Below are positions 62,793-64,000 of a DNA stretch of 64,000 nt, in pieces. Location: the NCBI GenBank assembly GCA_010015805.1, contig ML978127.1, positions 1,054,001-1,118,000 of the forward strand, read 5' to 3'. Position 1 is the first letter of the stretch, and each line of letters opens with the position of its first letter. The notes beneath the pieces were generated by a model, which was given only the letters and a program-made list of their open reading frames with translations, was not told the DNA's origin and searched no databases. The DNA comes from Rhizodiscina lignyota (taxonomy: Eukaryota). Both the position numbers and the translations under genes were made by a program.

Positions 62793-63419
62793 GATGATGG
62801 AAGCGGCAATGCCTAAAGTAAGCTCTAGACTGCCTCTCGTAGATGTTTTATGGGTCGTGTTAGAGGTGGAGTGACCAGTCGGAGCCCTTCCGAAAAGGTC
62901 GAGGAGTGGTTCGGTGGAATGGGAAATACGCAGTGATCGTGATAATGATCACACCAAAAGCCGATGAGACAAATCCGTTCGATATGCCGAGACACCACGA
63001 CGTGGGGGTGGTTGATGAGTCCGACGTCGTCCACAGGTACTCCTGTTGTCAATCGCGTGGCTGCAGGGTATCGCGAAATCTTCCGAAGTCGCTCGTCTGA
63101 CGGTGGTCTGACAGCGCCTTTCGATCGAAAAGATACACGACAAGCCCGAAAGCTCGGATTAATGCAAGATAGAGGATATGGTGCTCGATGAGATGCAGCT
63201 CTTTCGCAAAGACCCAAAAGGATATGAATTTAGACAAGCAAATGTCTAAACCCAGGCCAGATGCGCCTTCGAAACTCCAGCCACCGTATGCTGCAGAATA
63301 AAACCGACAAGACCTCGCCTATGGGAGACCTTTGCGCCTTTGCACTATTGTCCCTAAATGCGACCTTTCTCGAAGAAAAGGGCCGCTGAGAGAATCGACT
63401 TTGTGCTGTGGCGAAGGGC

Positions 63420-63509
63420 CTAGCAAGGAAAACCTCCGTTGACGAGAGAGGTAATGCGACCGGTAATATCTGAGCTACGTGTGACTGGAGTGCCAAATTT
63501 GATGAGCAT
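63420..63509 (-). promoter_or_regulatory. Upstream ORF (MLIKFGTPVTRSSDITGRITSLVNGGFPC*) in the putative cyclin 5' leader
   Basis: Only minus-strand ATG found between 62793 and 64000; CACAATG context; 30 codons including the stop. Confidence 0.55.
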
Positions 63510-64000
63510 TGTGAGGGTGTTGTGTTGTAGTTGTGGTGAGTGTTCTCGAGAAGTGGCTACCGTCGAGGGGTCGCCACGGAGACCACGGAGGCAGGGGTCG
63601 GTCGATGGGTTTTTAGGTGGATGGCGGGATTTTTTTGATGCTTTCGAGTCGGCGTTCGAAACCTTTTGAATTAAATGCGATTAAGAGCAGGTGATGTACC
63701 GCTACTCGGTCGGGAGTAGCGGTGGCGGGTGGAGTGGTGACTAGGCCGCAGCAGAGTGCAGTGACGGTCGAGAGGAGAGTCAAGGTGCCACTGGCGCCTA
63801 AGTGCGTGTCGCAACTTTTAAGATTGAGGGGAGAGTTGTGAGTAATGTACAAGATGTTTTTCAAAGAGAGTCAATGATAAGTGTGGCGTGTCCTTCAGTG
63901 AAGTGGAAGCCTGAGTGAAGCGGAAGCCTAGAGGCGGCAACGGAAATTGCAAGCACAAAGCAGAAAAGGAAATCAGAGGGCCCAGGAGCGTCACGTAGGA

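Overview
Gene-dense, intron-rich genomic DNA of a filamentous ascomycete (Pezizomycotina-type introns; species not determinable). The left part (0.8-18 kb) is a putative secondary-metabolite cluster around a 6-methylsalicylic acid synthase-type PKS, with a divergent salicylate-hydroxylase-like FAD monooxygenase, a secreted tyrosinase, a P450, a methyltransferase and a repeat-tailed cupredoxin. The middle (22-34 kb) is a compact six-gene cluster: NRPS-like carboxylic acid reductase, Zn2Cys6 regulator, Ldh_2 oxidoreductase, D-galactonate dehydratase, aldo-keto reductase and DHDPS-family aldolase. It reads as a complete sugar-acid catabolic pathway, possibly a reductive route for galactarate, and is the best candidate for an undescribed system. 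The right part has an IDO-like heme protein, prephenate dehydrogenase (long first intron with an apparent nested intron and C/D-box motifs), NAPE-PLD, a six-cysteine CFEM protein, a BTB gene and BTB relic, a divergent RID/Masc1 DNA methyltransferase, and a Pcl/Clg1-type cyclin with an AUG-depleted leader of over 1.2 kb carrying one uORF. No rRNA, tRNA, CRISPR or intact transposon was recognised. Gene models were spliced by eye and product calls rest on motif recognition, not database searches.
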